Positions 1-13,700 of a stretch of DNA of 64,000 nucleotides are shown piece after piece. Every line of letters starts with the position of its first letter. Position 1 is the first letter of the stretch. Source of the DNA: Eledone cirrhosa (Eukaryota); the NCBI GenBank assembly GCA_964016885.1, contig OZ024740.1:408580001-408644000 (forward strand), written 5' to 3'. The position numbers and the translations under genes were made by a program. The notes under the pieces were generated by a model, which saw only the letters and a program-made list of their open reading frames with translations, searched no databases and was not told the origin of the DNA.

Positions 1-210
1 GTTAGCTTTGCCTTTCATCCTATGGGGTTGATAAAATAAAGTATCAGTAATGCACTAGGGTCGATTTAACCAACTTTCCCCACCCACCAAATTGTTGGCC
101 TTGTACCTAAATGAGAAACCATTATTCATCCTTACGGGGTCGATAAAATAAAGTACCAGTAATGTACTGGGTAATTGCTGGCCTTGTGCCTAAAATAGAA
201 ACAATTATTA
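1..210 (+). mobile_element. Two tandem 3' partial copies of the tRNA-derived octopus-type SINE
   Basis: Family motif ttcatccttacggggtcgataaaataaagtaccagt...ggccttgtgcc...agaaacaatt occurs twice and matches full copies elsewhere in the window. Confidence 0.85.
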
Positions 211-239
211 TTACTTTGTCAAGCAAAGAAAGATTGAAA

Positions 240-1095
240 GTGCAGCAGAGTATTTAGTCATCTATCAAGTCACAACAAGAACCTCAAACAGATATTACTT
301 TCCTTAAAATATGTGCAGTGCCTAGCAAGGCTGATTTTTGTGTGACACCAATCTTGCATGGTGTTCCCAACCACTTTTAGAAGTCACCTTGGAACACACC
401 CATTTTAATTTCTACTTCTCCAAAGAATACATTGCTCGAGTACAACTTGGCCTTCCATGCTATTATACTATTCAGAAGAAAATTTGTGATGTTGTCAGCA
501 ATACCAACATCTGCAGGCAACAATCCAAGAATGAGGTACCATATCATATGTTCTGTTAAAGTCAATCCAAGCCATAGACATGATGGTATGATGTTTTTTA
601 CAACACTTCAAAACTTATCGATCACCAGGTGATCGTTGGTACCCTGAGATCTTCTACATCCTTTTTGTTCCCTCAGTAATGTTCCTTTCTATAAGAGAAA
701 TATTCCAATAAGTATCTTCCATATTATGTTCAGACATATTATAGGACAGTAGTTTCCTTACTTCTATCTTTTATTATAAGCGTTGTTCTTCCCATTACCA
801 TCCAAGAGGGAGCTGCAGCTCTCTGGATACATTCAGTCAATTGAGTTGCTAGTCTTTCATAAACTTCATTACATCTCTTCAACCAAAAGCTATCGATGAT
901 ATCTGGAGCTTTCCAGTTTGGTACTTTGGTCACTTCATCTCTCACATCAGCTGTGCTTATACTTATATCTCTTTATTTCCTCCTCACAATTTGGTCTTGG
1001 TGGTCTCTACTCACTCAGCATTCCTTCTATGCAACAGTTTCCCCAAATCTAATTCCAGAACTCCTTCGCCTGATCAGCATTAGGAACAGCATTCT
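240..1095 (-). pseudogene. Degraded R4/Dong-like LINE reverse transcriptase fragment
   Basis: ORF pieces give VPNWKAPD..DSFWLK, GRTTLIIKD and GVFQGD, typical of RLE-type LINE RT; many stops. Confidence 0.65.
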
Positions 1096-1099
1096 TCCC

Positions 1100-1312
1100 A
1101 TGGCAGAATCGGTAGAACATTGGACAACATGCTTTATGACATTAAGTTACGGCCCTTTACGTTCTGAGTTCAAATCCTGCTGAAGTTAGCTTTGCCTTTC
1201 ATCCTTATGGGGTCGATAAAATAAAGCACCAGTAATGTACTGGGGTCGATTTAATCAACTTTCCCCTCCCCCAAAATTGCTGGCATTGTGCCTATAGTAG
1301 AAATCATTATTA
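1100..1312 (+). mobile_element. tRNA-derived SINE
   Basis: A-box-like tggcagaatcgg, B-box gagttcaaatcc, family body, (att)n tail. Confidence 0.9.
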
Positions 1313-2074
1313 TTTAGTCTGGGGAAGAGGGACCTAGATATTGGAGGCCCTCCCAAGACAGGTAAAGTCGATGTAATTGATGCTAAACTCGTCTGACAGT
1401 TAGTCAGATAGATTTTTTAGAGTGTGCTCTAGAATGTTTGAGTATGTATAACAGCTGTTCTGTCTCATATTTGTGATGTGAACAGTGCTTCATGTGTGGT
1501 TCCCATGCTTGAACATTTAACAATTCATAAAATACTTCAACAGCATCAAATTCTGTCCATCAATTTCAAGAGTTTGTTTCAATGGTATGACTTCCAAAGG
1601 CTATATAGTCTAATACCTTTCTCAGTGGATAACCATAAAAATAAATATTTTTAATACTTTAACATTTCAATGGTGTGTAAAAGAATCTCTGCTTAGATTT
1701 TTTGTAACATAACGCTAGTGCCACCCAACTCCCTCCATAGAATGAATGTATATGAGAAACTGTTAGATGTTATAGTTTTAATGTCTGCCCTGTTTATAAA
1801 ATGCAGACATGATGTTGATGCACCGAATTACACACAAGAATATAGAGAGCTAGATGCCAAGAATGTGAATAATAAACTGAAAAACCAGCAATTCGTAACC
1901 TTCGAAAATACTTCATGATTTTAAAAACGATTTAGTAAATTATTGGAATATACCCAACCACAGACAAATGGCGGGAGGTAAAGAATTTCAAAATTGTTCA
2001 AACAGTGAGGAGACGAGGAACGCATTTCCTTCAACAGTATATGGAACGAGCCTCCATCGATTTTGACAATGAGT

Positions 2075-2405
2075 GTTCCAGTTGTTTGATCTCAGGAACA
2101 ATCTACTCATGAAATTAACGTGTAAGTGGCTGAGTATTCCACTTCCACATGGCTGAGTATTCCACGGCCACATGTGCTCTAAACGTAATTTTCAAAGGAT
2201 TCAGCGTGATACGGTGTGTGACACCACGGATTCTTTGAATTACAGGTACAACACATCCAATGGGTTTCCGAACAGTTTCCGTCTACCCAATTTCAAAGCT
2301 AGAGTTGACTTAATGTTATGGTAAATGATGCAGATGATGCCCGCAGTGGGATTGAACCTGAGACTGAGTGATTGTGAAGTGAACTTCTTACCCATTCACT
2401 TACGC
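2075..2405 (-). mobile_element. Second SINE family (tRNA head), degraded
   Basis: Homologous to 36690-36990; the minus strand carries a ggttcaatccc B-box. Confidence 0.6.
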
Positions 2406-2636
2406 TGCATCCCTCAACAGTACATAGATAGAATCAATACACATGGTAAAGAAGGAATCGTCTTCTCCCTCCTCTAAAGCAGAGGTTCTCAAAATGGGCG
2501 CTACCTCCCCCTGGGGGAGGGGGGGGCGTTGAGAAGATCCAGGGAGCGCTGTGGCCTAAGGTGGCAGTGGGGGTAGGGCAGTAGAGATGATATAATAGTA
2601 TATTAAATATCAAATGATACATAATACATATTATAT

Positions 2637-2822
2637 GTGGATTGGCAGTATCGCTAGAGGATCAGACGCTATGCTTTGCAGTAAAGAGTTACGGCCCTTT
2701 ATGGTCTGAGTTCAAATCCCGCCGAGGTTAACTTTGTCTTTCATCCCTATGGGGATGATAAAATAAAGTACCAATAATACACTGTGATAATTGCTGGCCT
2801 TGTGCCAAAAGTAGAAACAATT
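2637..2822 (+). mobile_element. tRNA-derived SINE, inside a probable hAT-like MITE (~2480-3022)
   Basis: Family consensus; flanking cagaggttctcaaa / tttgagacaac ends. Confidence 0.85.
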
Positions 2823-3257
2823 ATATATAAATGTTGTAAAATAAAAAATATATCATATTTATTTATACATAGTATATATATTATTTATTATATATAAATT
2901 AACGATTTTATCTATTATATATTATTTACAATTTGCGTGTAGGTAGGTTAGTCTGGAAATAGGGTTGGGGGGTTGAGGGTATTACCTGGCGGGGGAGGGG
3001 CACAAAAGGTTTGAGACAACATGCAAGAAAAACTCCCGAACACTCATTATCTCTCTTGGCGATCTCATATTTGTAAAATAAGCAGTAACTGCACCCCAAA
3101 GTCTAGCCTTCCTCAGAAAATACTTCATCTCTGAATACCTGCCAACTATCTAAACATTTAGTAAAACCCCACAATGGGATATTGTTTCCATGGGATGGTG
3201 GTGGTGGTGGTGTTATACTGAATACTGTTGTTGACCTTATCCACACATTTGTAAAAT

Positions 3258-3443
3258 AATTGTTTCTACTTTTGGCACAAGGCCAGCAATTCACCAGTGA
3301 ATTACTGGTACTTTATTTTATCGACCCCGTAAGGATGAAAGCAAAGTTGACTTCGGCGGGATTTGAACTCAGAATGGCAAGGGCCGTAACTCTATGCGTC
3401 AAAGCCTGACGTCCGAGCCTCTACCGATACTGCCAATCCACCG
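3258..3443 (-). mobile_element. tRNA-derived SINE
   Basis: Reverse complement of the family consensus. Confidence 0.9.
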
Positions 3444-3557
3444 TAAAATAATGGTCAGAGAACTTCCATTTTATTAATATGAAATACACCTATTAAAACA
3501 TTTCTAGTGGGGCTATCAAATATATTTTAACCGAATATTATTTTTGTTTTATTATTA

Positions 3558-3745
3558 ATGGATTAGCTGTATCAGTAGAGGATCGGACGCCATATTTTGC
3601 ACCATAAAGTTATATCTCTTTATGGTCTGCATTCAAATCCCGCCGAGGTTAAGTTTGCCTTTCATCCTTACGAGGACGATAAAATAAGTCACCAGTAATA
3701 CACTGGGACAATAGCTAGCCTTGTGCCAAAAGTAGAAACAATTAT
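3558..3745 (+). mobile_element. tRNA-derived SINE
   Basis: Family consensus. Confidence 0.9.
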
Positions 3746-4499
3746 TAATAAAACATAAAAATTACAAATAATGTCCAAATTGTTCTGCGGACCACCAAAA
3801 TGTTCTCTCTGACCACCAGTTGGTGACCGCTGCACTAGACTACCAAAAGCTCGCTTAACATATGGCCAATATTCCCGCCAAGATGGTGGATGCTTGGTTG
3901 CGCCCTCGCATTATTTGTGTCATATATAATAAAATGTTACCGTGTCGTGGCTTTGGATTTAAAATATTGTTGGTCAAAATATCTAGCGGTTCGCTCAGTG
4001 ATTGAGAAAACATAGAGGGAATGTTACATATAGCCCATATATATGTTGTCTTCTCTGCTTCACCTCCCACTACTACTATGGTCTCTTCTCCCCCAGAACT
4101 AGTTAGTTACCGCCTCCATCTCCTCACCTGTATCACCTCCCACTACTACTATAGTCTCTCTCAAAACTAGTTAGTTACCACCTCCATCTCTCTCACCTGT
4201 ATCTCCTCCATTCAGCACTCATTTTGTGTATCTCACAGCCTTTCTTCCCGACATATATTGTCAAAAAGAAACAAAATAAAAACCTATTTACAGACACAAA
4301 CACACACACTGACACAGACACACACATGCACACACACACACAAACACACACATACACACAAACACAGACACACACACACACACACACACATATACATATA
4401 TATATATGTGTGTGTAGTTAGTTATTCGTGAAAATACATTTAAAATGTAAATTTTGAAGTAGCTACAAAAGTGTTCGATAAAACTGTTTGAGAGCGTTA

Positions 4500-4537
<38 letters not shown>

Positions 4538-4565
4538 TGTGCGTGCACACTCCTTTGTGTATTTC

Positions 4566-4758
4566 CAGATCTGCCAACCTCTAAAACCCCAAACGGGAAT
4601 TCCATGAAAAAAAGTGCCCCAAAGTTGGGAGAATTGAGGCAAAATGGGGAAATTTTACATAATGAAAGCTATACCCATTTTCACAAAAGAAGACATTTCT
4701 CACCCACCCGAAAGTGGGTGGGATATCTCCCTGTCGGACGGGAGAGTTGATAGGTCTG
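4566..4758. mobile_element. ~190-bp MITE (CAGACCTGCCAAC-type TIRs)
   Basis: Imperfect TIRs cagatctgccaac / gttgataggtctg; homologous copies at 7379-7567 and 40352-40632. Confidence 0.8.
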
Positions 4759-4983
4759 ATGTTCTAGCTGGCCCAAAAGCAATACGAAGCATAATCTCCT
4801 TTTCATACCGGTCGCCGTCGAGTCCTCTGGTGCATTACCACAACAGAAGTCCAACGAGCTTTTGATTCCAGAATCGGGCTAGATCGATACAGATCGAATT
4901 TTGAGCTGATCAATAGCGAAACGCGCGTCACTACTCAATAAACGTAATGAAGACATGAACAAATCATCCTTATTATTATTATT

Positions 4984-6190
4984 GTGCCTTGTCCTAAGCC
5001 TCTCCTGACTGCACTGGAGCATTTGCTCTTTCGCTTTTTGTGGAAGGGACGTGCTCCGATGGTCAGGCGGAGGGCTGGCTGGGCATGCCGTGGGTGATGA
5101 TACGCAGACATGCGCTCAGACTACGGCATCTCCACCGCTTCCTCGACGGTGATCAGGTGTGGTTGCCCTTTGCTAGACACATGTTTCCCCAGTTTGTCTC
5201 CTTGGTGGAGCTGCAGCCCTGGGTCAAGCGAAGACCGAGAGGAAGCGCTTGGAGACTAGAATGTCTTCAGGCGCTTACAGCCCTCGACCAGTCGAGCAAT
5301 ACAATCGCTGGAAACTCCACCTTGGCTTTCTATAGAGGATTAGTGGAAGGAAAGAGCAACGGCGTCATTGGGGAGACTCTAGGCGTCGATGAAAACCAAC
5401 TAGCCAATCTCTACGGGAGAACTTTCGGGCCGGGGCCCATGGACAACTTCCAGAAATCCCTGGCCTGGCAGTGCTACCGAGGAGCCTTGCCAGTTCGGGA
5501 TAAACTCTACAGGCATGGAAGTGCCGTCAGTCGAGCCTGTCCGAGATGCGCACAGGGCGATGAAACTGCCCTGCATGCACTCGTCCAGTGTCCGAGCATT
5601 GCTGACTTGTGGGTTTATGCCGAACACCTGCTGTCACGTGTAGAACGTATCCGGCTATCAGCTGAGTCCATCGTGAAGATTGCCCCGCCGCCTTCCTTTA
5701 GCCGAGAAGGGCAGGCAGTTTTTACCTTCCTGGTGGCCATGGTAAAAGAGATAGTATGGTGGACACGTCTGAAAGGGTTGAGGACCGGTACTTTCCTCTT
5801 CGGTGACGCCCTCATTAACTTTTTCAGGTTTCACTTGAAGAGGAAAATCAGGGTGGAGAGGGAAGTGTTGACCTCCAGCCAGTTTGTTGAAAGGTGGGTG
5901 AGAGAGGCAAAAATGGCCCGTGTGAGTGGGTCTACCCTGAGCGTGTGCCTGTAGCATTGTAGGAGGAAAACTGGAAGAGGGCATTTGCCCTAGCGGTCAG
6001 GGTAACCGTGGATTTTCTTGTGGGCTTTCTCCACGAGCAACCCTCGGAGGTCTCCCCCCCCCCCTATTGGGAATTTTTCATTGTTTCCTTTTGTCACACT
6101 CCGTTTTTGTTTTTTTTTTACACGCAGAAATGCCCATTTGTATTGTCCTGTGTTGTCCTTAATGTTATACTTTGTGTCAACCCTTGCGGT
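4984..6190 (+). mobile_element. 5'-truncated L1/Tx1-like LINE (ORF2 C-terminus with zf-RVT, plus 3' UTR)
   Basis: ORF 5040-5954 contains FGPGPMDNFQKSLAWQCYRGALPVRDKL and CPRC..ETALHALVQC; clearly homologous to 57506-58500. Confidence 0.9.
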
Positions 6191-6395
6191 GGATTGGCAG
6201 TGTCGGTAGAGGGTCGGACGTCATGCTTTGATGCATAGAGTTACGGCCCTTTCCATTCTGAGTTCAAATACCGCCGAGGTTAACTTTGCTTTTCATCCTT
6301 ACGGGGTCGATAAAATAAAGTACCAGTAATGTACTGGGTAATTGCTGGCCTTGTGCCAGAAGTAGAAACAATTATTATTATTATTATTATTAAAG
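6186..6395 (+). mobile_element. tRNA-derived SINE
   Basis: Family consensus with (att)n tail. Confidence 0.9.
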
Positions 6396-6496
6396 CATTA
6401 TTATTATTATATATATAGTTGATCTTTTACGTTAGTATAAAGCTACAACTTTAAATAGAAATGAGTTGATCGATTGAATTGACTCTAGTATATAAT

Positions 6497-6755
6497 CAGG
6501 GGCGGGGGCGATGGAATTGGGGGGGGGGACATGTCTCCCCACCGCAATAATTATTTATTTTCTCCTCAAACTACCAAAACACACATCTATTTGTATATGC
6601 GCTACAATTTATGTATGTTATGTTTCTTGCATATCGAAGTTGTTTATAGCTTGGTTGATATTTGATAATAACAGGTAAACTAATCACGACTACTAAATTG
6701 ATCAAATTTCCCGCCCTCCCCCTCCTTCAATTAAAAAATGCTTCCACCGCCCCTG
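6497..6755. mobile_element. MITE with CAGGGGCGG TIRs
   Basis: caggggcgg ... ccgcccctg, with ataat on both flanks; internal part repeated at ~57100-57210. Confidence 0.7.
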
Positions 6756-7378
6756 ATAATTATTACTCTATCGATACCGGTGATATAAAAACAAGTCGTA
6801 GCCAAAATATGAAACAGGGTTACATACTAAAACTCATTTTATTCCACACTCTACCGTCTTTTATATTTTCGATTGTCTAAATGACAGAGCGCTTGGCTGA
6901 GGGCCTTACAGTATGTAGATTTAGGCCTATAGCCTGAGTTCAAATACTTAAGGTTATACCTTCAACAAACATATTTACATATTCATTAAAAATGTAGGTG
7001 CTGAATTGTCTGCAGAGCGTCGGATGCGTTATGGTATTAGTTCCGACTCTCTGCACACTGAACTCAAATCCCGCTGAGGTCAACTAAACCTTACCTCTCA
7101 CCCTTTTCAGGGACGATAAATATAGTACCAATTAAGTACTGTGCCAATGCTCTCTTCTTTCTTTTTAATTCTCAGAATTGTCTATAGCCGACAAGATGCT
7201 GTCTTGTAAAAACACACTCCCGATGGAAAGCAACGGGAAACCACCTTTGTAATGACATCCACAAAACATCTGTGACAACTGGGTCGTATTAACTCATAGC
7301 CGAGCCTCTAAGCTTTTGAGTATCTCTGGTCCCCTCTGGCACTTCAATCTCTCGCCCTAATACATAAAAAAAATGATG

Positions 7379-7567
7379 CAGACCTGCCAACCTCTAAGAA
7401 CCCAAATGGGGAGTGCCATGAAAAAAGAACCCCAAAAGGGTGGGAAATGAGGTAAAATGGGGAGTTTTCATAATGAAAGCTATACCCATTTTCACAAGAG
7501 GAGACATCTCTCACCCACCCCAAAGTGGGTGAGAGATGTCTCCTCATCGAACGAGTTGACAGATTTG
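7379..7567. mobile_element. MITE, same family as 4566-4758
   Basis: TIRs plus atgatg on both flanks. Confidence 0.8.
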
Positions 7568-8234
7568 ATGATGAGGCCCTAACTTCCTGCAGGACTCCTA
7601 GACTTTGGTCTAGTCAACCTTATGAATAATACGGCCCTGCTTGACAAGCACTAATATACTTGCTAGATAATTCACCAGGGATGGCGGGGATGGGCATCCG
7701 TCGACCTGATAGCTCAAGAAAGAAATTACAAATATCACGAATAAATTAGAAAAAAATATAGCAATGACAACCTACACTACAGTGACTACAGCCGACAACT
7801 TTAACAGCTAAAATGAAATGAAGAATAAGAACAAGACAAAAGAAAAGTTAACGAAAAGGTTGAATGAATGTTTAGTAAAAGTTACAGACAAGAATGAGTT
7901 GACAGTGATATATTTTACCAACAGAAATCGAAGATGAAAATGACTATAGAATGAAAAGGGCTGAAAGAAAAATGAAAAAGATGAAAGAAGGTCAATGAAT
8001 GAAACACAAAGAAGTTAGAGAGAGAGGTAACAAAGAAAATGAAGAAAAAACATGAAATTGTCGAGAAATAAAATGAATGAAATAAACAACGAATGAAAAA
8101 TTGAAAGAAATAAAAAAAAGGGGCAAGAATTTAAAAAAAGAACAAGAACAAAGGAACAACAACAGCAACAACAACAACCATAACAACAACAAAACAGGGA
8201 AATATGAAGAATATTAGAAAGGCTGGTTACTTAC

Positions 8235-8276
8235 TTGTAGTAGAGTTATCCACAGACATTTAGTTGAAGAGAACAT
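8235..8276 (-). CDS. Candidate first coding exon of a host gene (MFSSTKCLWITLLQ, possible signal-peptide start)
   Basis: ATG followed by 13 further codons ending at CAA|GTAAGT, a consensus donor; lies in non-repetitive DNA downstream of a TATA/Inr; no downstream exon identified. Confidence 0.3.
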
Positions 8277-8935
8277 GATTATTCACAGCCAAGAGAGCCT
8301 CGACACAGTTTTATTTTCTTAAAGTTATTATTTATTATGGCTTTGTTGGGAGGTTGATGCTATGAAATGTCTTGTCAGTCAACAGTTTCAACTTGTTCAG
8401 ACAAAGGGAAAGAAAAAGATTGTTGTTGTTTTTAGTTTGTTTTTAATTATATATATTTATATATCTATCTATATTTATAAAATTACAATGTTTCAGCGAC
8501 AAATTTCACTGACTGGTAGATATGATAGGTCTTTCTCATCTCAAATGACAACCCACTGCGAAATGGGGGTCACTTTGTTTAGTTGCTGGTATTAAAGACA
8601 AGCCTAGGAAAGGATGCTCTGAAATAAATAGATTCGCCGTATCTGAGAGGGTAAGGAACGTTGAAAAACTCAAACAATATATTTCTATTAACGTGTTTGT
8701 TTTTTACATGATGTTGTTACTGGTGAAAAAACCTCTAATTTTTCTTCTCACACATTTCTTTACCTTCCTCTTTTTTCTTCTTTCTTTTCTTCTGTATATT
8801 TCACTGTTCCTAAATGAGATGAGGGATAAGAAGACCCTGTTCACACTTGTGATTTTTTTCTTCCTTAAACTAAAATAATAATTTGGTTCGTAAGATTTTT
8901 ATTTGGTAGCAAGGAGCTCTCCGTCTGTTTGTTTT

Positions 8936-8968
8936 GACTGGTTAAGAGCCGGCAGGCGATTATTTATA
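8936..8968 (-). promoter_or_regulatory. Candidate TATA box plus initiator core promoter
   Basis: TATAAATA at 8968-8961 and Inr-like CCAGTC with its A at 8939 (29-nt spacing). Confidence 0.35.
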
Positions 8969-9282
8969 ACCAACCTAAAATGGGGGGATTTTATTAAGGA
9001 GCAGTAAACTACCGTACCATATCCATACCACTCATATATTTTTTTACTATTTTCTTTGTTTTTATTTCCGTCTCTTCCCTTTAACCGTTTCCAACATCCG
9101 TGTAAAGTATGAACAGCTACTTCTAGCCAATCTAGATATTGTATGGACGAAATAACTTCAACAATATTGCTGGTTTCCTGTCAACACTCCTAATTGAGAC
9201 AAATCCTCATCCCCATTTTTTTTCTTAATTATTCATCCAGCTCTCTTCTTTCTTCTTGGTATGTTTATTTTATACACACATG

Positions 9283-9372
9283 CATACATACATACATACA
9301 TACATACATACATACATACATGCATACATACATACAATCATACATACATACATATATACATACAATCATACA

Positions 9373-9406
<34 letters not shown>

Positions 9407-9532
9407 CATACAATCATACATACATACATACATACATACATACATACATACATACATACATACAATCATACATACATACATACATACATACAATCATACA
9501 TACATACATATATACATACAATCATACATACA

Positions 9533-9566
<34 letters not shown>

Positions 9567-9591
9567 CATACAATCCTACATACATACATAT

Positions 9592-9622
<31 letters not shown>

Positions 9623-9640
9623 CATACAATCCTACATACA

Positions 9641-9674
<34 letters not shown>

Positions 9675-10210
9675 CATACATACATACATACATACATACA
9701 ATCATACATACATACATATATACATACAATCATACATACATACATACATACATACATACATACATACATACATACATACATACATACAATCATACATACA
9801 TACATATATACATACAATCATACATACATACATACATACATACATACATACATACATACATACAATCATACATACATACATATATACATACAATCATACA
9901 TAGATACATACATACATAGATACATACATACATACATACATACATACATACATACATACATACAATCCTACATACATACATATATACATACAATCATACA
10001 TACATACATATATACATACAATCATACATACATACATTCATACATACATACATACATATATACATACATACATACATACATACATACAATCATACATACA
10101 TACATATATACATACAATCATACATACATACATACACACATGCATACATACATATATACAATCATACATACATACATATATATACATACAATCATACATA
10201 CATACATACA
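9283..10210. repeat. Compound (TACA)n satellite with periodic CAAT/TATA interruptions
   Basis: Seen directly; the same array continues at 13878-14130 on the other side of the RTE. Confidence 0.95.
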
Positions 10211-10264
10211 TGATGGCTGCCCCCTCGTTAACGAGTATGGCCATTGCACAATAAAAAATAAAAA

Positions 10265-10296
<32 letters not shown>

Positions 10297-10311
10297 ATAA
10301 AAAATAAAAAA

Positions 10312-10359
<48 letters not shown>

Positions 10360-10387
10360 AATATAAAAAAAAAAAAAAAAGGAAAAG

Positions 10388-10420
<33 letters not shown>

Positions 10421-10542
10421 TACATACACATACATATACACATATATATATACACACACACATACATACACATACATACATATATACACACACACATACA
10501 TACACATACACTCACACATATATACACACATACATTAATAAC

Positions 10543-10588
<46 letters not shown>

Positions 10589-10667
10589 GCAATAATAATA
10601 ATAACGACAACAACAATAATAATATACATATTCATATATATATACACACACACGCACGCACATAAGC

Positions 10668-10709
<42 letters not shown>

Positions 10710-13700
10710 GATAGCAACTAACAGTGCTGCGATCGAATGTGGCTTTTTAGCCCAGCCAATGATCTAAAATGTCCCGCACAGAGTCGGCAACCAAAACATT
10801 TACTGGGAATAGTCGGCTGTGGTTGGAGTTCGTGTACTTTTGCATGTCGCTTGAGTCCTCCTGCTGACTTACATTCTCTACCACATGTTTGGCAAGCATG
10901 ATGAGTAGCATCTCCAACAGCAGCCTGGTAGTCAACCACTGGTCTTACTTTATGACTGCGAAGATGACTTTCGAGTCCAGCTTTGCTTAGGCAGAGTCTC
11001 GCACAGACGCTGCATGTCAGAAACATAGGAGGACCCTCGCCGTCTGGAAGTGCAACAGCAATACCCTTCCTCACGTCCCGCTTTACTTTCTCGTGTGCGA
11101 TTCGAGATGCCTCAAAGGCAACTTTTCCCTCATATACAGTCTTTCTCCATTTATTACGATCAGCAGCAATATTTTCCCATGTATCAGCAGAGATGTTAGC
11201 GTCTTTCAGAGAGGCCTTCAAGGAATCCTTATACCTCTTTTTTGGTTTATGTGGCGGTCGTTTTCCTTTAACCAACTCTCCATAGAAGAGTTGTTTTGGT
11301 ATTCTAGAATCCTTCATCCTGGCAAGGTGACCACTCCAACGGAGTCGCTGCTTAAGCACAAGAGCTTCTATACTGTCACACATAGAGCTTTCCAAAATCT
11401 CGACATCACTGATGTGGTCCCTCCAGCGAACGCCATGTATCCGTCTGAGACACATCTGATGGAAACGCTCCAATTGCTTAAGGTGGCGTCGATATGTGAC
11501 CCAGGTCTCGCAGGCATAAAGAAGACAAGAGAGTACACATGCCCTGTACACCCTTACCTTTGTCCTCCTGCATATGTCTCGCCGACCCCAGAGTCGCCTT
11601 TCTAGCTTTCCGAAAGCATCACTTGCTTTCCTAATCCTAAGTGAGATTTCACTGTCAAGGTTGCCGTATCGATTGACAGTGCTTCCCAGGTAGACAAACT
11701 GATCAACCACTCCAAGTCGTTTGCCATACACATAGATGTTTGGTTCAGTGTACTGCCTACCAGGTGCAGGTTGGTACATGACGACGGTTTTCTTGAGACT
11801 GACAGTCAAACCCAGGGCAGTGCAAGCGTCAGAAAATACATTCAAAATGTGCTGCATATCACTCTCTGTGTGCGCTACAAGATCGCAATCATCTGCATAC
11901 AAGAGGTCTCTTATGACTGATGTAAATACTTTTGTCTTCGCAGCAAAGCGCCTGATGTTAAATATGCTGCCTGAGGTTCGATATCGGATGTAAACACCAT
12001 GCTCGCAATTCCTGAATGCAATACAGAAAACCATTGCAAAGTATATGGCAAACAGGGTCGGTGCTGGAATATCCCCCTGTTTCACTCCATTTTTTACTGA
12101 GATAGGCTCCGACATGTTACCTCCGACATTAACCCAAGCCTTCATGTCGTCATGGAAAGACCTAACTAAAGCAAGGAACTTATCAGGGCAACCAAGTTTC
12201 TGGAGAACCTTCCATAATGCATCTCTGTTGACAGTATCGAAAGCCTTTGTCAGATCGACAAAAACCTGATACAGATCCAAGCCCTGTTCAATGCACTTCT
12301 CCTGGAGCTGTCTAGCTGAGAAGATCATATCAGTAGTGCCGCGTCCAACACGAAAACCAGATTGACTTTCAGGAAGGACACAATCTGCAATGTGTGTCAG
12401 CAGACGGTCCAGAAGCACCCTACATAAAACCTTCCCCACGACAGAAAGCAATGATATACCTCTGTAGTTCCCACAATCATTCCTGTTACCCTTTCCCTTG
12501 TACAAGACCACCATTACTGCATCTCTCCAGTCCTCAGGCACGGATTCATTAGCCCATATCCTTCCAAACAGAGAGTGAAGATGTTGCAGGAGTCTCTCAC
12601 CACCATATTGTAGGAGCTCAGCATGTATGCCATCCATACCTGGAGATCTTCCACTGTTCAGCTTCGAAATAGCCACTGCAACCTCCACAAGTGTCGGAGG
12701 CTCTGCGAGAGCTACTTTCACAGGACTTTCCGGAATGAGATTGAGGAAATCTTCACTGACGACAGACGGCTGATTCAAAAGATCATCAAAGTGCTCTCGC
12801 CACCTTCGTAGAATTCCCTGTGAGTCACGAAGAAGTTCTTTGCCATCCTTGCTGCGAATCGGTGTCACCAGAGAAGAAGACGGTCCATAAACCTCACGCA
12901 AGAGACTGTACAACAGCTTTGTGTTATTGCAATCAGACGCAGTTTGTATCTCACCAGCCTTCTCACTCCACCACTGATCCTTCATCTGAGAAAGACTCCG
13001 CCTAACACGTGATTTTACATCCCTGAGCTCCTCATGCAACGTATTCCTCTCCTGTGGTTTTGCCGTCAAGTAGCGTGACAGAGCGCGCCTCTTATCAGCC
13101 AACAAGTCATCTATATGCACATCCTTCTCATCAAACCAGTCCTGATGTTTTCTCTGCACCAATCCCAGAACACGTCTGCCTACATCATAAACCGACTTTT
13201 TAAGGGTCGGCCAATCCTCACCAAGATCTGCAGCCTGCATCTCTTCTTCCAATGTCCTCTTCACATTTTTATCCTTAAGACGAGCAGCATTCAATCTTTT
13301 GGGCAGGGCAACACCAGGAGCCCGGATTTTACGTTTGGTGATTAGATTCACTTTTGCGCGTACCAGGCGGTGGTCCGTCCAGCACTCAGCTCCACGAAGA
13401 ACACGAACACACTGCACATCCTGTCTGTCACGCATCCTGACTAGGACGTAGTCCAAAAGATGCCATTCCTTAGATGCAGGATGCATCCATGTGGTCTTGA
13501 ATTTGTTCTTTTGTTGGAACATGGTGTTGGTAACACACAGATCCAGCTCCTCACACATCTGCAGCAAGAGCATACCATTGCTGTTACACTTTCCCACCCC
13601 ATGCCTTCCGATTACATTCCATGTGTTAAAATCCCTACCCACTCTAGCATTAAAGTCACCAAGCACGATGACTTTGTCTGCCTGAGGGATATTTCTTAAA

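Noticed and set aside
9194-10717. Long ORFs (HTYI, MYVC, YIYI repeats) here and at other microsatellites
   Set aside because: Stop-free translations of TACA, TA, CA and ATT tracts; not genes
10983-13699. Plus-strand ORFs opposite the RTE (likewise those opposite the Gypsy and Tx1 ORFs)
   Set aside because: Antisense shadows of real retroelement ORFs
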